Shown: positions 1 through 13,349 of the stretch, piece after piece
Layout of the letters: each line of letters begins with the position of its first letter
Position numbering within the stretch: the stretch's first letter is position 1
Origin: Paraphysomonas bandaiensis
Taxonomy: Eukaryota > Protista > Chrysophyceae
Direction: 5' to 3'
DNA length: 64,000 bases
NCBI GenBank assembly: GCA_965644295.1
Contig: CBFFRP010000263.1
Location: 372,001 to 436,000, forward strand
Program-made: the position numbers and the translations under genes
The notes under the pieces: generated by a model
Databases searched by the model: none
What the model saw: the letters and a program-made list of their open reading frames with translations, nothing else
What the model was told of the DNA's origin: nothing

Positions 1-787
1 TGTGCACAGTGTGGGTTTAACGTAGCTTTTAGTAGAACTCTTTTGCTCCCTCAAAATGTTAATGTTTTTGGAAATAAACACTTTAGAACGACAACATATG
101 TGGCAAATATTTACAATATTTTTTTGTTGATATACTATGCCCTGATTGAAGAGAGTATCACCACAATTGCACATGTTTGTGCTGTTATATTAGGTATACT
201 TCTTGGGACATTGTATACCAGAAATTCTGTTTGGTATCGACCGGACACGAAAACCTCGAAATAATTAATGAATACATATAGCTATGCAATTTGTTGTCTT
301 TTAGACATTGTTCCTGCTCTGATCGTGCCAATAACTCTTCTGTTACACTTACCGTAATGTGTAATATTATATATTGCAGATGGTAGTGAAATATGTTACC
401 ACCATACCTCTTCAAGTTTTAATGAGTTTGTTTGATACATGACTTGATTTCAGGTACGTTATACCTATCAGGGTTTGAACATTACGTAACTGGACATTAA
501 CTCACTCAGTAATCAATTAGTGAAATTATTATCAGTATCGCTCAACATTCATTGTCAAGCGCTAAATTTATATCATGTCAACGACCTATCAATATTATCA
601 GGTCTTAATGATCTTATGTAGTCAACGTATTTCAGTTGGTCTAAACTATCTCATGGCTTATCAATAGATTTCACATGATATTTGTCTCTGGCTCCTGTAT
701 TATTCAAATAACAGTTAAAATTCAGAAACCTTGAAATGCAGCTTCTAATTGCTCAAAATTTCAGTGCTCAATAATACCATATATCTT

Positions 788-916
788 CAGGGCTGCGTAA
801 TAGTTATTAGTTAAAAGATGCCGGTTGTGTCAATTATAACTGCAATTATTACGCGCTGTCCGAATTTTAATTATATTGTAATAAATTGAAAGTTAATTAA
901 CTGATACGCAGCCCTG
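788..916. mobile_element. 129-bp MITE with hAT-type TIRs
   Basis: Perfect 12-bp terminal inverted repeat CAGGGCTGCGTA (788) / TACGCAGCCCTG (916), extending imperfectly inward; AT-rich interior; no clean 8-bp TSD. Confidence 0.6.
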
Positions 917-1279
917 GCTATTCTTTAGGTTAACTAAAATACTAAAAATAACTTTCAAATTTTCAAACATTCCTACTAAGTTAATTTTTTATTAACACTA
1001 CTTAACTTAAATACGGCTCAACTACCTTTTTTATATCTTGTAGGAACATCTGAAGTCAGATTCGCACCTTTCGTGGTGTTCTGGGGGATAAGTATAAATA
1101 CCAGAGATATTTCTCCAGAAACTAACAGGAGCCGCATAATATAATATAGTCAGCTAATATTGTTCTGCCCACTGATAGCCAAATGCTTGTGTGGTACATG
1201 AGGGACATGATACATCGTCATCATAATGATCGTCATTGTCAGTTATATATATCTAATTCTTCATTGCACGTAATAGTCA

Positions 1280-2267
1280 TAAAAACGTAGGTTCTGCGAA
1301 ACGTTTGAGATGCACGATCTGGGTGTGTGCAAACGGTTTTTAAATATCAGAATCACGAGAGGTGAAGAATGATACATGTTAGATCAATCTGAATATGCCA
1401 AGAATATTGTCAAGAAATTCAGTTCGTTTTTATGGGAAAGAGCAGTAAGAACAAGGAGACTCCACTACCTATCAATGTTTAGGATTTGTTGGCAGAGCAA
1501 CGTGAGCTGACGGGGGAGCAGAAGCAGTGGGTCGAATCATTTCCGTATAATAGAGGAATTATTGGAGCGGTGTTGAATTTGGCGATTCATACTAGACCTG
1601 ATCTGGCTTATGCTGTGGGGTTATTGGCTCGATTTAGTACTTCTCCAGCATATGCGGCTTGCAGATTAGCTATTCATTTGTTGAAATAATTACGTGGTAC
1701 AGTTGATAAGGTCATCAGATTCAGTGGGAGTGAGTTTGATTTACATGTGTTCAGTGATTCCGACTGGGCTGGTGATAGGATGACTCGGCGGACCACAACA
1801 GGATACATAGTGTTTTTATGTGCGGGCGCTTTGGCCTGGCAGTCAAAGCTTCAGACTACAGTTGCGACTTCAAGCATGGAATCTGAATATATGGCGGAGA
1901 ATGCGGCTATGCAAGAACTGGTGTGGCTTCGGGGGGTGTTCAAGGAGCTCGGACTCTTGGTAGCGAAGCCGACTCCATTCTTTATGGATAGTAAGAGTGC
2001 AAAGGATCTTTCAGAGAATCCACTGTATCATAAGAGGTCGAAGCATATTGATATCAAGTATCACTGGATAAAAGAGAACATGTGAATGGAAAATTTCCTA
2101 CAGCAAAGTTGATTCATGTATCTACGGATGATATGGCGGCCGATATTTTTACAAAGGCATTGTCCACGAAGATATTCAGCCATCATGAGAAAACGATTAC
2201 CGGGGTTAAGAGGAGTGTGTCAAACAGAGTGAAGGAGCAGAAGAAGAAACGACCCCGAATATGTTAA
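1280..2267 (+). pseudogene. Degenerate Ty1/copia reverse transcriptase-RNase H remnant
   Basis: FEMHDLG, TRPDLAYAV, FSDSDWAGD, SSMESEY, HKRSKHIDIKYHW and ADIFTK motifs; in-frame stops (e.g. TAA 1687-1689) and frameshifts; 5' part absent. Confidence 0.92.
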
Positions 2268-2435
2268 AGGTGTGTTTTAGTGGGTGAAAATCCCACATAA
2301 CTGCATATCGAGTTGACTGCTAGTTATATATGTATCTTTAAAAGATTTCACATCTGTTTTACCTATGGGACTAGATAGTCATAGCAGTATCAGATTTTTG
2401 TGATCACTGTTGTTTTACCTCACTTCATTCTACAT

Positions 2436-2737
2436 TGAGTGGGAGTATTAGAATATGAATCTTATTCTAGTATATGTCAGTTGAAGACAATGTACGAGAA
2501 TACAGTGAAATATAGTGATGTACAAATGCTGTGATGATATTGAGAAACTGAAATAGTTTGATCTTTCAAGATATATATGTTCAGTAACGAGAGGTTCGCA
2601 GATGTAGGATATTATGCGTGGATTAAAATGAGTTAGTGTTGGTCATCACAACTTCTTAATAAATAAATAAATCTATCTAGTCTTACGACAAATTCTCTCT
2701 GTGATCTAGCTTAAAATGAGCAATGTCCCACATAATA
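2436..2737 (+). repeat. PPT (TGAGTGGGAG, 2436-2445) and probable 3' LTR starting TATTA at 2446; right end tentative
   Basis: PPT context CATTGAGTGGGAGTATT is identical to that of the copia at 63019; AATAAA cluster near 2658-2670; candidate inverted terminus TAATA at 2733-2737. Confidence 0.5.
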
Positions 2738-3088
2738 AGACATTCATTACAATGTCATAATGTGCAGATGCCAACTTTATAACTATCGAAAGTTTATTGA
2801 AGTTGCCGTAACTAGTGTTGTTGTGTATTGCCTGTAGAATGCGTATGAATATTCTTTTGAATCATCAGCAGGTTAAAATGGATACAAAAACTATTTTTAT
2901 AAGTGTGCTTTTTAAGAAAACGAAGAACAATATAAAGGAGATGCACAGTTATCAAGTATTGGACTATCAATCACATCAATCCATAAGTTATCCAATATAC
3001 TTGACATATTATTGACTACAAAAATTTCAAATAAAAATATAGAGTGACACTTGCAATAGCTACTTCACTAGATTATCCCAATATTCCC

Positions 3089-6000
3089 TTACAATTCGTC
3101 ATGCAAGTTCTTCGATGTCATTCCAAGTGAACGCCGTTTACTATGGTCATGCCTAGCCAGAATTGGGGAAGCCGCGATAGGATTGATAGTTTCAACACAC
3201 TCATCGGAATCAGAGTCATCATCACTATCTTTTTCGGTGGTTTGGCGTTTATTCTGGACTAAAGAGACTCTTTTACCCTTGGTTCTAGACGGAGAGGCCG
3301 CAGGAGATCCGCCTTTCCTATAACTTTTCACTATGCTTCCTCGTCGTTTGTCTTTTTGTGACCCATCCTCACTTCCCGATCGCTGCCTTTCATTTTTCAC
3401 TTTCGTTACCGACGCTCGACGAGCAGGCAACGAAGTTGTGGGATCCACTGCAGACCCTCGGCGAGCAGACAATGATGTTGTGGGGTCCACTGCCGACCCT
3501 CGGCGAACAGACAATGATGTGGGATCCACTGCCGATGATCGGCGAGCAGATAATGATGTGGGATCCACTGCCGATGATCGGCGAGCAGATAATGATGTGG
3601 GATCCACTGCCGATGATCGGCGAGCAGATAATGATGTGGGATCCACTGCCGACGCTCGGCGAGCAGAATCCAATGCCGAGGATGTGGAGTCTAGTGGTCG
3701 TTCGTTGCTATCTTGTCCCTGTTGCTTTAGTTCATGCTCTTCGATGAACTCCGATAACTTTAGTTTATTGGTTTGGCTCTGTGCGCGTTTGCGACTTTCT
3801 TCACGAACCTTTTCTATCATTCCATCCGGCGCATCATCCGCTAAGAAAATGAGTACGATTGTCAACACGAATACAGAGGAATTGATCAAAATTGCCAGTA
3901 AGCCCAGAACATTACGATTTATCCCATCCGACTCATTTACTCTAATCATGATCGCGACTATAAGAGTCAATGTAATCGCCCACTGCACACCAACATATAA
4001 AACACAGAACAGAAACATTTGACACACTCAAAAGCAAATACACTGACCTGAGTAACAACAGCAACTAAATTATCGGACTCGGTTATGAAGGGCTTCAGTT
4101 CCATATACGCGCCCACGCAGGCAAGTGACACACATAAGACAAGAACGATTTGAGTTGAGGAGCCACGCATAATCAGAACCGGCACAGCAGTAAGACTGAG
4201 GCGACGAAAACAATCCCCGACTTCAAAGTACCAGCGCTGAGGTTCATAGGTTTCATACAAAAACGAAATAATCTTAATGTCTTCAAATGTATGACGGAGA
4301 TTAATCTTCTCCTCCTGGATGACTGAAGAACTTACAAGGTGTCGTTCGTCTTCTCGGACTACTAAATTAGTGCGGGGATTGACTTTGTCGTGATTATACA
4401 CGAGCAAAGCAAGATACATCATAGGAACCTATCATACAGACAATTAACGAAGAAAACAGCTGCTACATATTCAAAACTCACTCCAATAGGATACCTGCGT
4501 CAATGTTACAAATAATAATAAAAAATAATACTCACTTACACAACAGTGAATATCGAAGCATATCCCACATAGAATTCATACTCTGCCCCTTTACACTCGA
4601 TGGAATAATCAGCAATCAATCTCGATGATCCATCTTCAAAGCTCTCACATGCAAATGTTTGGAGAAGTTTAATACTCACTGGCGAAAACACCACAAAGGA
4701 CACAAGAAGAGACAAAAATATCGAGTCATTCTTGAATTGTGAAAAGGAGTAAGATGGGTTGGTTTCGTTCATCCGAAATGCAATTGAGTGCCGTATGCGC
4801 AAGATCAGAACTATCGTACCAACCAGTACAAAGGGCCCTGTCGTTGCCGTAACCAATTTATCGTAAAAATTTCGATAGTACAAACAGTCGAAGTTTAGGA
4901 ACTCTACAAAATCAAGATTAAACACCCAGAGGATTTCAAGAAATTTAATATAGGTAAACGGAAAGTCTACGTTGAGTACAAAAGGAAGCTGGTTGATGAT
5001 TTGAACGAAAGCAAGAATGATTTTAAACTTCGTTTTTATCGCTCCGAACTTATATTGGTCGGCGGTATCGGCCATTTCTACAATTTTCTTGGTGATAAAG
5101 TCACGTATTTTATCTCGATTTAAGTAGAGGTAGTACGAGAACAAAATTAAGGCGAGTAGAACTGATGGAACTATGGTCATGAGCAGCTCATTTCCCGATG
5201 ATTTACAAGATGTACATCGACCAGCACGCTGGTAGTAACCTCTCTCACATACAGAGCAGTACATTCCTTCGTGTCCTTTCTTACACTGAGTAGATGTATT
5301 AGATCCACCTTTACAGGCCTCCTTATAAGGGCAAAGGTGCACGCCATCGTACTCCTGTCCGAGACGCCAGTAACCAGAGTCCACTTTGATATCATCTCCT
5401 CCGCGACATATTGCATTATCAGGGCATTGATGACAAGTCTGTGGACGACATATTAGCACATATAATTGAACTCGTGATGCTCGCACCTCAGCATTCAGCT
5501 TAAGGCTGTACGTTCCTGGACTACACTTTGTACATACCGAGGTTGAACCCACTAGAAACGTCTCGATTTCTCCAACGACACATGCTCTACAAAGAATATA
5601 ACCGAAACAGAACCATAAAAGAATACTAGCATTAACGACCTGAACGATAGATTGTAATATGCTTCAACGCCTGCCGACAAATCAAATTTTAGTGTAACCA
5701 TTGAACTAGGCTTATTCGTCACAGTAATATTTCCGAATGTCGCAACACCATTCTTCGTTTCCACAATCGTCGTCCCTTGAATACTGCTTGTTTCGTCCAC
5801 AGTGCTGCTGTATATAACACGGCTGTATCCCGTACCATCATCAACAACAATTTGATTGTAAAAATCCAACATATCAATATAAATTGGGTGAGAAATTTGA
5901 GACCCTAAGAGTAGAAAAGTCATTGAAATTATACTAACGCCACCACTATACCTGAATTCTCTGCAGTATCGACGTACCGAATTGCTCCCAACTTAGCGAC

Positions 6001-9000
6001 ATCGGTGGCTTTAAATGCCCCATAAAGCGCGGTGTTATTGAATTCTGAGCAGGTGGCGTCATCGACGTATATCTGACATAATAGATAAAATACAAACGAT
6101 CGAAGAAATGAATACCTTGGATCCATTGGTCTGTACCACCCAGTACACTCCACCACCACCGTACCGAGCGGCGTTATTGATAAACTCAGTATGTTGTACC
6201 ACTCCATGAGTACCAGTCGTCGACAAACCCCCTCCAAATGCGGCCGAATTATTGCTAATACTACATTGTGAAATGGTTAACAGGTCCACACCAGATCCGT
6301 ATACTCCGGCACCACTCCCATCCTTAGCATCGTTGCTGTCGAAGGTACTGGCAGATATATTGACTGTCATGCTGTTTGATTCTGTGCTGTCGATTAGTGA
6401 CGATTTAGAGCCTATAAACGCAGCCCCGGCACCGTAATACAATGCTACATTATGAACTATCGTCGTCGAAGATAGATAAGTGTTGACAGAGTCGATATAC
6501 AAGGCTCCTCCAATCACTGTCGCAGAGTTTTCGGAGAAATCTGAGTCTGTAATAGACAGGTATTCACCAACTGAAAGGGATAATGCTCCCCCCACATATG
6601 CAGTACACTTCTTCACAGAGGCGTTAAGCAAGCTCGCCGATACAAATTCATTGCTGAAAACTGCCCCTCCAGAGGCCGTTACACTGTTTAGATCAAACAC
6701 ATCGGATAAGGACGTCCAGCTACTGGACTGTAACGAGAGAGCTCCACCATAAGTAGCCTGATAAATCAATATTCATACGGCATTCACTTGCATAAACAAT
6801 ACTCACAGTGTTCGCTCGAAAAGTGTTGTTCCGCGTAATACAAGTGGAATTCGATCCGCAAGAAATACACCCCCCTATTTCCGCAGTGTTTCCAGTAAAT
6901 GTAGATCGAGATATTTCCAGTGTACTAAACATTCCATGAAATATTGCCCCGTTATACCCACAGTAGTTTCCTTCGCCGACAGAGTCGATAATATTCACAC
7001 GAGAAAACGTTGCGGCCACGCCAGCTCCATTGTAGTTGGCTATGTTGTCCAGAAACGACACTCCAACGATCAACGCATATGAATTATCTTGAATAACAGC
7101 AGCGCCCCCCACATAGTGAGCTAAGTATATCAACATATATCAGAAGTGAAAACCAAGTGTGTTGAAACCTACTTACCAGTGTTCATATGAAGCCTGGAGG
7201 TGGTAATGTTAAACGTGGTGTACAGCTGTCCAAATATCCCTCCACCTGAGTGTATAGTAAGCAGGTACATATATGAAAATTCATGGCATACTTACCATAC
7301 ACTGCTTCATTTCCAATAAAATCACAATCTAAAATATCAACTGTTGAATACGCATAGGCAGCTAGGCATCCTCCTATACAGCAAAAAAAGGTAAGGCAAC
7401 ACGTGATCGGATGAGGACCATCTATCCACACAGACAACCCACCTTCATACTCTGCAATACTGTCAGTGATATGCACTCTTTCCAATGAAACGCTTGAATG
7501 TGAATTTACGTAAACGGCCGCACCATATACAGCAATGCATCCTGTAAAAGATGAATTGTGTATTGCTGCTGAGCTCGAGCCAATGATCGATACAGAACCC
7601 CCTGTGCCTCTGACATAATCCCCGACGAACGTCGACGATCGCACAACTATATTTGATACAAAGTCTACACTCAAAGCGCCCCCAGATTCGGCGGAATTAG
7701 ATAAAAATTCGCAATCTTCAAAAGTCATATGTGAGCCTCCACTCAGTGCGCAGGCCCCTCCGTATTGCACAGCACTATTGCGCTCAAACGAACACCCAGT
7801 ACATGTGACATTGGCTGCATACGACAAAGAGATAGCCCCCCCTGAATTTCCAGCTGAATTATCTCTGAATGTGCAGCTAGTTAAGTGAGCCAGAGCGGAG
7901 TAATCTACACTTAGTCCTCCTGAGAATGCAGCAAAATTATTTTCAAACACAGAATTCCGTACGCGACACACGGACTGCATTCCACATCGTAGCGCTGAAA
8001 TTTCCATCGACGCCCTATTATATAAAGCATAAATAAAGATCAGTATAAATCATCACGCGACTTACGTGTTGTCAGCAAACCTCGACGAGTGCACGGTGAG
8101 GAGAGTAGATACACCAATGGCTTCTACAATGCTACGAACAGCTCGACTGTCCACAAAACTAGAGTTTTCGAGATGTCCTGTACTACTCGATAACTTGAGA
8201 ATCGCACCAATTCCGGACGAACAGTTCGCAAGTGTCGACGAAGTAATACTGAGTTCACTGTCAGAAACAGCATATATGCATCCACCTTGACTATCATCGT
8301 CTAGTCCAGATACTGCCGTGGCAACAGAGCAATCAGAGAAAAGAGCGTTTTCCATTGATACTTTGGACGTTACAGCATAAACGCATCCCCCAAATCGACT
8401 CGCACTATTGTTATACACATGAGAATCCATTATGTTCAATTCGCAGTTGAAAAAGTTGAGTGCACCACCATCATTACCCGTGTTTCTAAACACGGATGAA
8501 GCAGAAAGTGTTAGTCGTCCACTAGCAGTGCAATACACAGCACCACCACTAGAACTTGCTATGTTGCCATAGAATACACTGGAATATGTGCTGATAGCTG
8601 AATTTTCCATATATATCGCCCCACCATTGACGGCCTTACCATTAATGATATCAATGTTGAACAAGTCTAGTGTAGAATCTTGACATAGAATAGCAGCCCC
8701 ATTATCAGAGAGCAACTGTCCGCCATTAATAGTAAGATTCGACATATTGACATCAGATGTTACTATATAAAATACACGTGATGTTGTTGAAGTTAATGTT
8801 GGAGTATTCTGTCCAATAATTACTACTGTTTGATTTTCAATATGTAGTTCATTTGTTATTGTAATATCATCTGTAATCACAATTGTATCAACATTACAAT
8901 CTATAGCATCAGATAAACTATTATATGTTGCTACTTCCACATAAGATATTCCAGAATAACTAGAACATGCATACAGATGAACAGGTAAAACTGTAGATAG

Positions 9001-9036
9001 TATGTAGAGTAATAGAGATGTATGTTGTAATCTCAT
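3089..9036 (-). CDS. Large multi-exon surface receptor-like protein: signal peptide, Pmp-like GGA(I/L/V)/FxxN beta-helix repeats, Cys-rich repeats, multi-pass TM domain, repetitive cytoplasmic tail
   Basis: Collinear minus-strand ORFs 8062-9036 to 3089-4027 joined by ~45-60 nt GT-AG introns; N-terminal hydrophobic signal; many GGA/FxxNxA repeats; CxxCP/CxxG motifs; KIILAFVQI, LIADYSIEC, YPIGVP and FLYETY..WYFE motifs typical of this protist TM family. Confidence 0.88.
3409..3667 (-). repeat. Coding minisatellite, 39-42 bp unit, about 6.5 copies (ARRSSAVDPTSLS)
   Basis: Direct repeats GATGTGGGATCCACTGCCGATGATCGGCGAGCAGATAAT; three central copies identical. Confidence 0.95.
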
Positions 9037-10832
9037 GATATGATAGAATGTGATCTATACAAGTATCTGTTTATGTATCATCTATCCACTTGATTGAAGA
9101 TATTACTGTATCTAACATATTGAATTAGAACTTATTGAAAAAGAATGACATGAAGTTCACTTTATAATCACTTCATAATCACTTCGACTTTATATATATA
9201 CGAAGTTATGTACTGGGTGGATTTTCGCCCATATGGCTGTGTTTATCAACTGTATTTTAGTACACGATACATACAGATACTGATACTGTATACTGTATAC
9301 TGTACCATAATATCATTATGTATGAAGTTTCTACGGATTACTCTCCGTGTATGTAGCCGTCAGCCTTTATCGTATCGGCAGTCAGTGTCTTATGTTTTCG
9401 GAAATAAATTGAAACGAAAATACTCTATATTACAGCAATACAACTACGGCTGGAATACAGATAATTGTTATCTCAATACTAGAGGCATCTCTGAACAAAA
9501 ATATACAAAGGACGCCGATACAATGTATACGAACCCATAAGTTGCCCTACGCTGCTTGACAATCAGATATATAGACATGTAGATATAGATACGCTCAATA
9601 GACCAACATTCCTTATTAACTGCAGCTATACCCACTCAAATACTTTGCTGATTATCAGGAACACTGTTTTCGATATGTTCCTCAGTATGAAGTAGTTCGA
9701 ATCCGTTTTGTTGTCCTGAAGATTGGCCATGTGAAGATCGTAATCCTAGCGTATGCTGTCCTCCTGAATCACCTGTTGTTTGTGCTGGTCGTGATGGGTA
9801 TTGTTGTTCATCTGGTATCTAATGCTGTGATGGATACTGCTGCACAAACTCTCAAGTATCCAACAGCACCGCACTTACTAAGGTGGAAAAACTGTGACAA
9901 CAACATATGATGTTGACAGCTCATGCAAAACTATTGACGGTGGACCTCCTGCACTACTCAGTATCCGATTCGTTTCTCTTGTCTGAGAGTGTGAAGTACT
10001 CTTGTCCAATGGCTACGCTGTTTCAGCAACCTCTTGCAGTGCTAGAGGCACCGCAGATTCAGAAACGTTGCAATGGTTTGCCAGAAGATAAATACTCTGT
10101 TAAAGTAGGGGTGTATACGGAGAGTATGGGTGTCTACTTCGTTAAAGAGTGATAGCCACATGAATGACTACCATTCTAAGATTCATTGCCATAAATTCCT
10201 CGGATATGGTTGATATTGTTGGCAAGGAAGGTTGATTGATACGGCATTGCTAAGTGGTTCCATCTGAGGTTGTATTTCTGGAAATATATGCAAAGTATGT
10301 TATGCTATGTTCAAATATTTATAACGCACTACCATAATAATAATTGAATCTTCCATCACTAGTGGTGTTTTATGTTCAAGTGTTCACGAAGCCAACAACA
10401 CACTCTATGCTAGAAAGAAAAAAATGGAAGTGTATGCAATATATACTAATCATAGTTGCAGATATCGTGTTTTTGACCTATTGTTCAATGAATAACACTA
10501 CACCATCGGAAAAATATAATATAGTCTTATATTAGCCCCATTGGCAATGTACTACGCCAGCCGACCAATTGCGAATAACTTTCCAGTTAAAAATATTGAG
10601 CACTGAGCACGAGACGCTGTACTCTCCGTATGACCCGTGAGAAATATAACTAGAGTAGTTAAATTGAATGCAAATTCATTAGCATTTTGGATGTTATGGC
10701 TGTAGAAATGGACAATTGAATTATCATATATAATCAAGATAATCGTTGCACGATTGCTTGGCCCGCAGGAAATCCAATACTATTCTAAGAACTGCATATA
10801 TATGGACTACTACTACATAAATAGCAATCTGT

Positions 10833-12754
10833 CTACTTTTCCTCTCCCGGGGGAGCTCCCCAGGAAGATTCTCCTGTCTTGGAGTTGTAGAAATATGTCG
10901 CCCCAGTATCATCATCCACAAACTCTTCCCATTCTGAAGAAGCCCCCACTTGTTGGTCAGATTTCGTAGTGCCGGTAGAAGGTGTAGAAGCTACCTCTGC
11001 GGAACTTTCTACCGCCCCACCCGCGCTAGGATGCGCTGCAACATTGCCACTAGCCGCCGCTGTGGAATCAGCCTGTGCTTGTTGTTGAGCATAGTACGCT
11101 GCACAATACTGTGCATACTGCTCAGGAGTCATTTGAGACTGACCAGCCTGCCCTGCAGGCTGCGGCACACCACCATACTGACTATCTGTGTCGGGGTACG
11201 CTAATTCGGGATGCTGCTGCAGTAGTTCAATACCGTTGTCCATACGCATCTTTTTAGCTGCAGGAAGTTGGTACTCAGCCGGGTACTGAAATCCTGTGTT
11301 CTCTATGCTTATCCCTATAGCCGTATAAACCATTAAGCATCTAGGATACACTTTCATGTCACGGGGTACCTTTCGCCTGCATTAATGCAAACAAGGCGTC
11401 TTTATCCGCCCGATTGATAGCATCCTGTGCCACTGGATTCGGGTCATCGTGAGCCCACCTAAGATCTAATACTTCTCCTTGATCAAGACTCTGATTGGCC
11501 ATCGCCTCTTTGGCGAATTCTGATAGCATAGGTAAATACTCAATACAAGATGAATTATGGTGCAGTCAAGTAGTATTACAATAAGCGAAATCAGCATGAT
11601 GTATTCTGGAGTAGTACCTGCTGAGGTGCGCACGCGATATCTCACAAAAGCAATGGATAGTCGCTGGATGACATTCACATTTTCGACCTCTCCCCACTCA
11701 CCAAAATGCTTCCAGAGAGCTTCTTCTAGTAGCTGCGGAGTTTCATACTTGTGCTTCAGCAACCCACCAACAAAGAGAGTTCGGCACGGTTTTAAAAAAG
11801 ACCCCACACCTGTCATATCGTCGCGATGTTTACTGTGTCTCTGGCGACCGAAGCAATCAAATAATTCGTCACATTTAGCGTCGTCCTCAAGAGTTGGGAT
11901 CCTGTGGTAGAACTTACAGTCTTTACCTTTGGCACAGACTCCATGAGCAAAATGAACACAGAAATATCGTTTATCTTTCTTATTTTTAGCATCTTTTTCA
12001 CTAATTGCCTCGTCAGCCTTCGTGCGTCCGGCATCCTTTTCCAGTACGCAGCGATCGGCTGCCTTATCCTTGCCTATACGAATAAACGTCACAAACTCAC
12101 GCCACAAGAGCACAAATAACACTAATACTTCAGAAATGACTATATATAATAAGTATCAACAAACGATGTATATCCGAGCGTGAACAGCGTCGCAATATTA
12201 CCTGCCCCCTGATCCCAGTGATCTCCAAGAAACCGTCCATACCAGATATTATATTCGTTTGCACCTTCTAAATGATAATTTTTAGGGTCAATAAACTCTT
12301 TCTGCTTTCGTGCGGGTCTCGAGAGATACTGTGCATTGCGCTGGGCATACATCTGTGCTGCCATTGTGCCAGTCTGACCACGTCCGAACCATCCAGTTGC
12401 ATGTGGGGCTGGACCAAGCTCAACAGGGCGTTCCCACTTAGTTTCTCCTGTTTTAGTGTTATAGTAGTAAACTTGATATGTTGTTGGATCAATAGCTTCT
12501 TTCCATGGAATCTCTTCACCACGTTGAGTCGCCTGGAGAGCAGGATCTAAAACATAATTATCTTGCCCTTCTGGCTTATGTCCTCTACACCGATAACATC
12601 GAGGTCTACTCGCATAATTCTCTTGTCCACATTCAGGACATTTCCAATTTTTTTCATAGACTGTAAATAATTGACCAACGTTACCCACTGTACCAACCGC
12701 TGTCATCTTACGCGGCGGTCCATGATTATCATCTGAACTAATTTCTAACTGCAT
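10833..12754 (-). CDS. CWC2: Pre-mRNA splicing factor Cwc2/Cwf2 homologue (CCCH ZnF + RRM) with extra RanBP2 zinc finger and two WW domains
   Basis: YNIWY, DAGRTKAD, FCVHFAHGVC..GKDCKFYHRIP, DCFGR..RDDMTGVGSF and RTLFVGGL motifs; WKCPECGQENYASRPRCYRC; W..YYYN..TKWERP and WEEF..YFYN..SSWGAP; about 4 exons. Confidence 0.9.
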
Positions 12755-13349
12755 TTTAAAGAATTGATGATGTAAAATCTAGAAACTATACTTTAAGCAT
12801 TAATCAGGAATTCACACACTATACACTGAAACGATAAGATCGATTATAGCAGTGGTAATATAGAATTGTGGGGTGCACTAATATATTAAACACCACGCTC
12901 CATACATACAACTCCAACAGTACCATACCACCCTATATATATATGTACGTACAACAACACACACGTACATACTGTACCTGCATACTCCATACTGCGAGGT
13001 ATATATGGATATATGGGCCATATAGAAAAACACATATCCACGTCGATCCGAATACATCCCCTACACATAACGTATTTCCTTTAGTATACAATGATCTGCT
13101 GCTCTTGACTTCCTATAAATAATTTTGTAATTTAAATTCAAGTGCTACTGAGTGTATGTATGTATGTATATATGTACAGCAGTATAGTATAGTGGGATCG
13201 TATAGTCCTATATACGTACTATGTACACACACTCTCTCTATATGTACACAGACTGAACACAAATTAGTTTAAAGTACAGTAATTATATATATATATATAT
13301 ACAAGAAAGGAAAGTGTTTATATCATAGAATTATATTGTTACTGTAACT

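Noticed and set aside
469-733. Possible hAT MITE (CAGGGTTT...AAACCTTG)
   Set aside because: The inverted match is short and imperfect, with no TSD.
3333-4022. Plus-strand repetitive ORFs, and a possible CRISPR-like array
   Set aside because: These are antisense shadows of the coding minisatellite; units are contiguous with no unique spacers and there are no cas genes.
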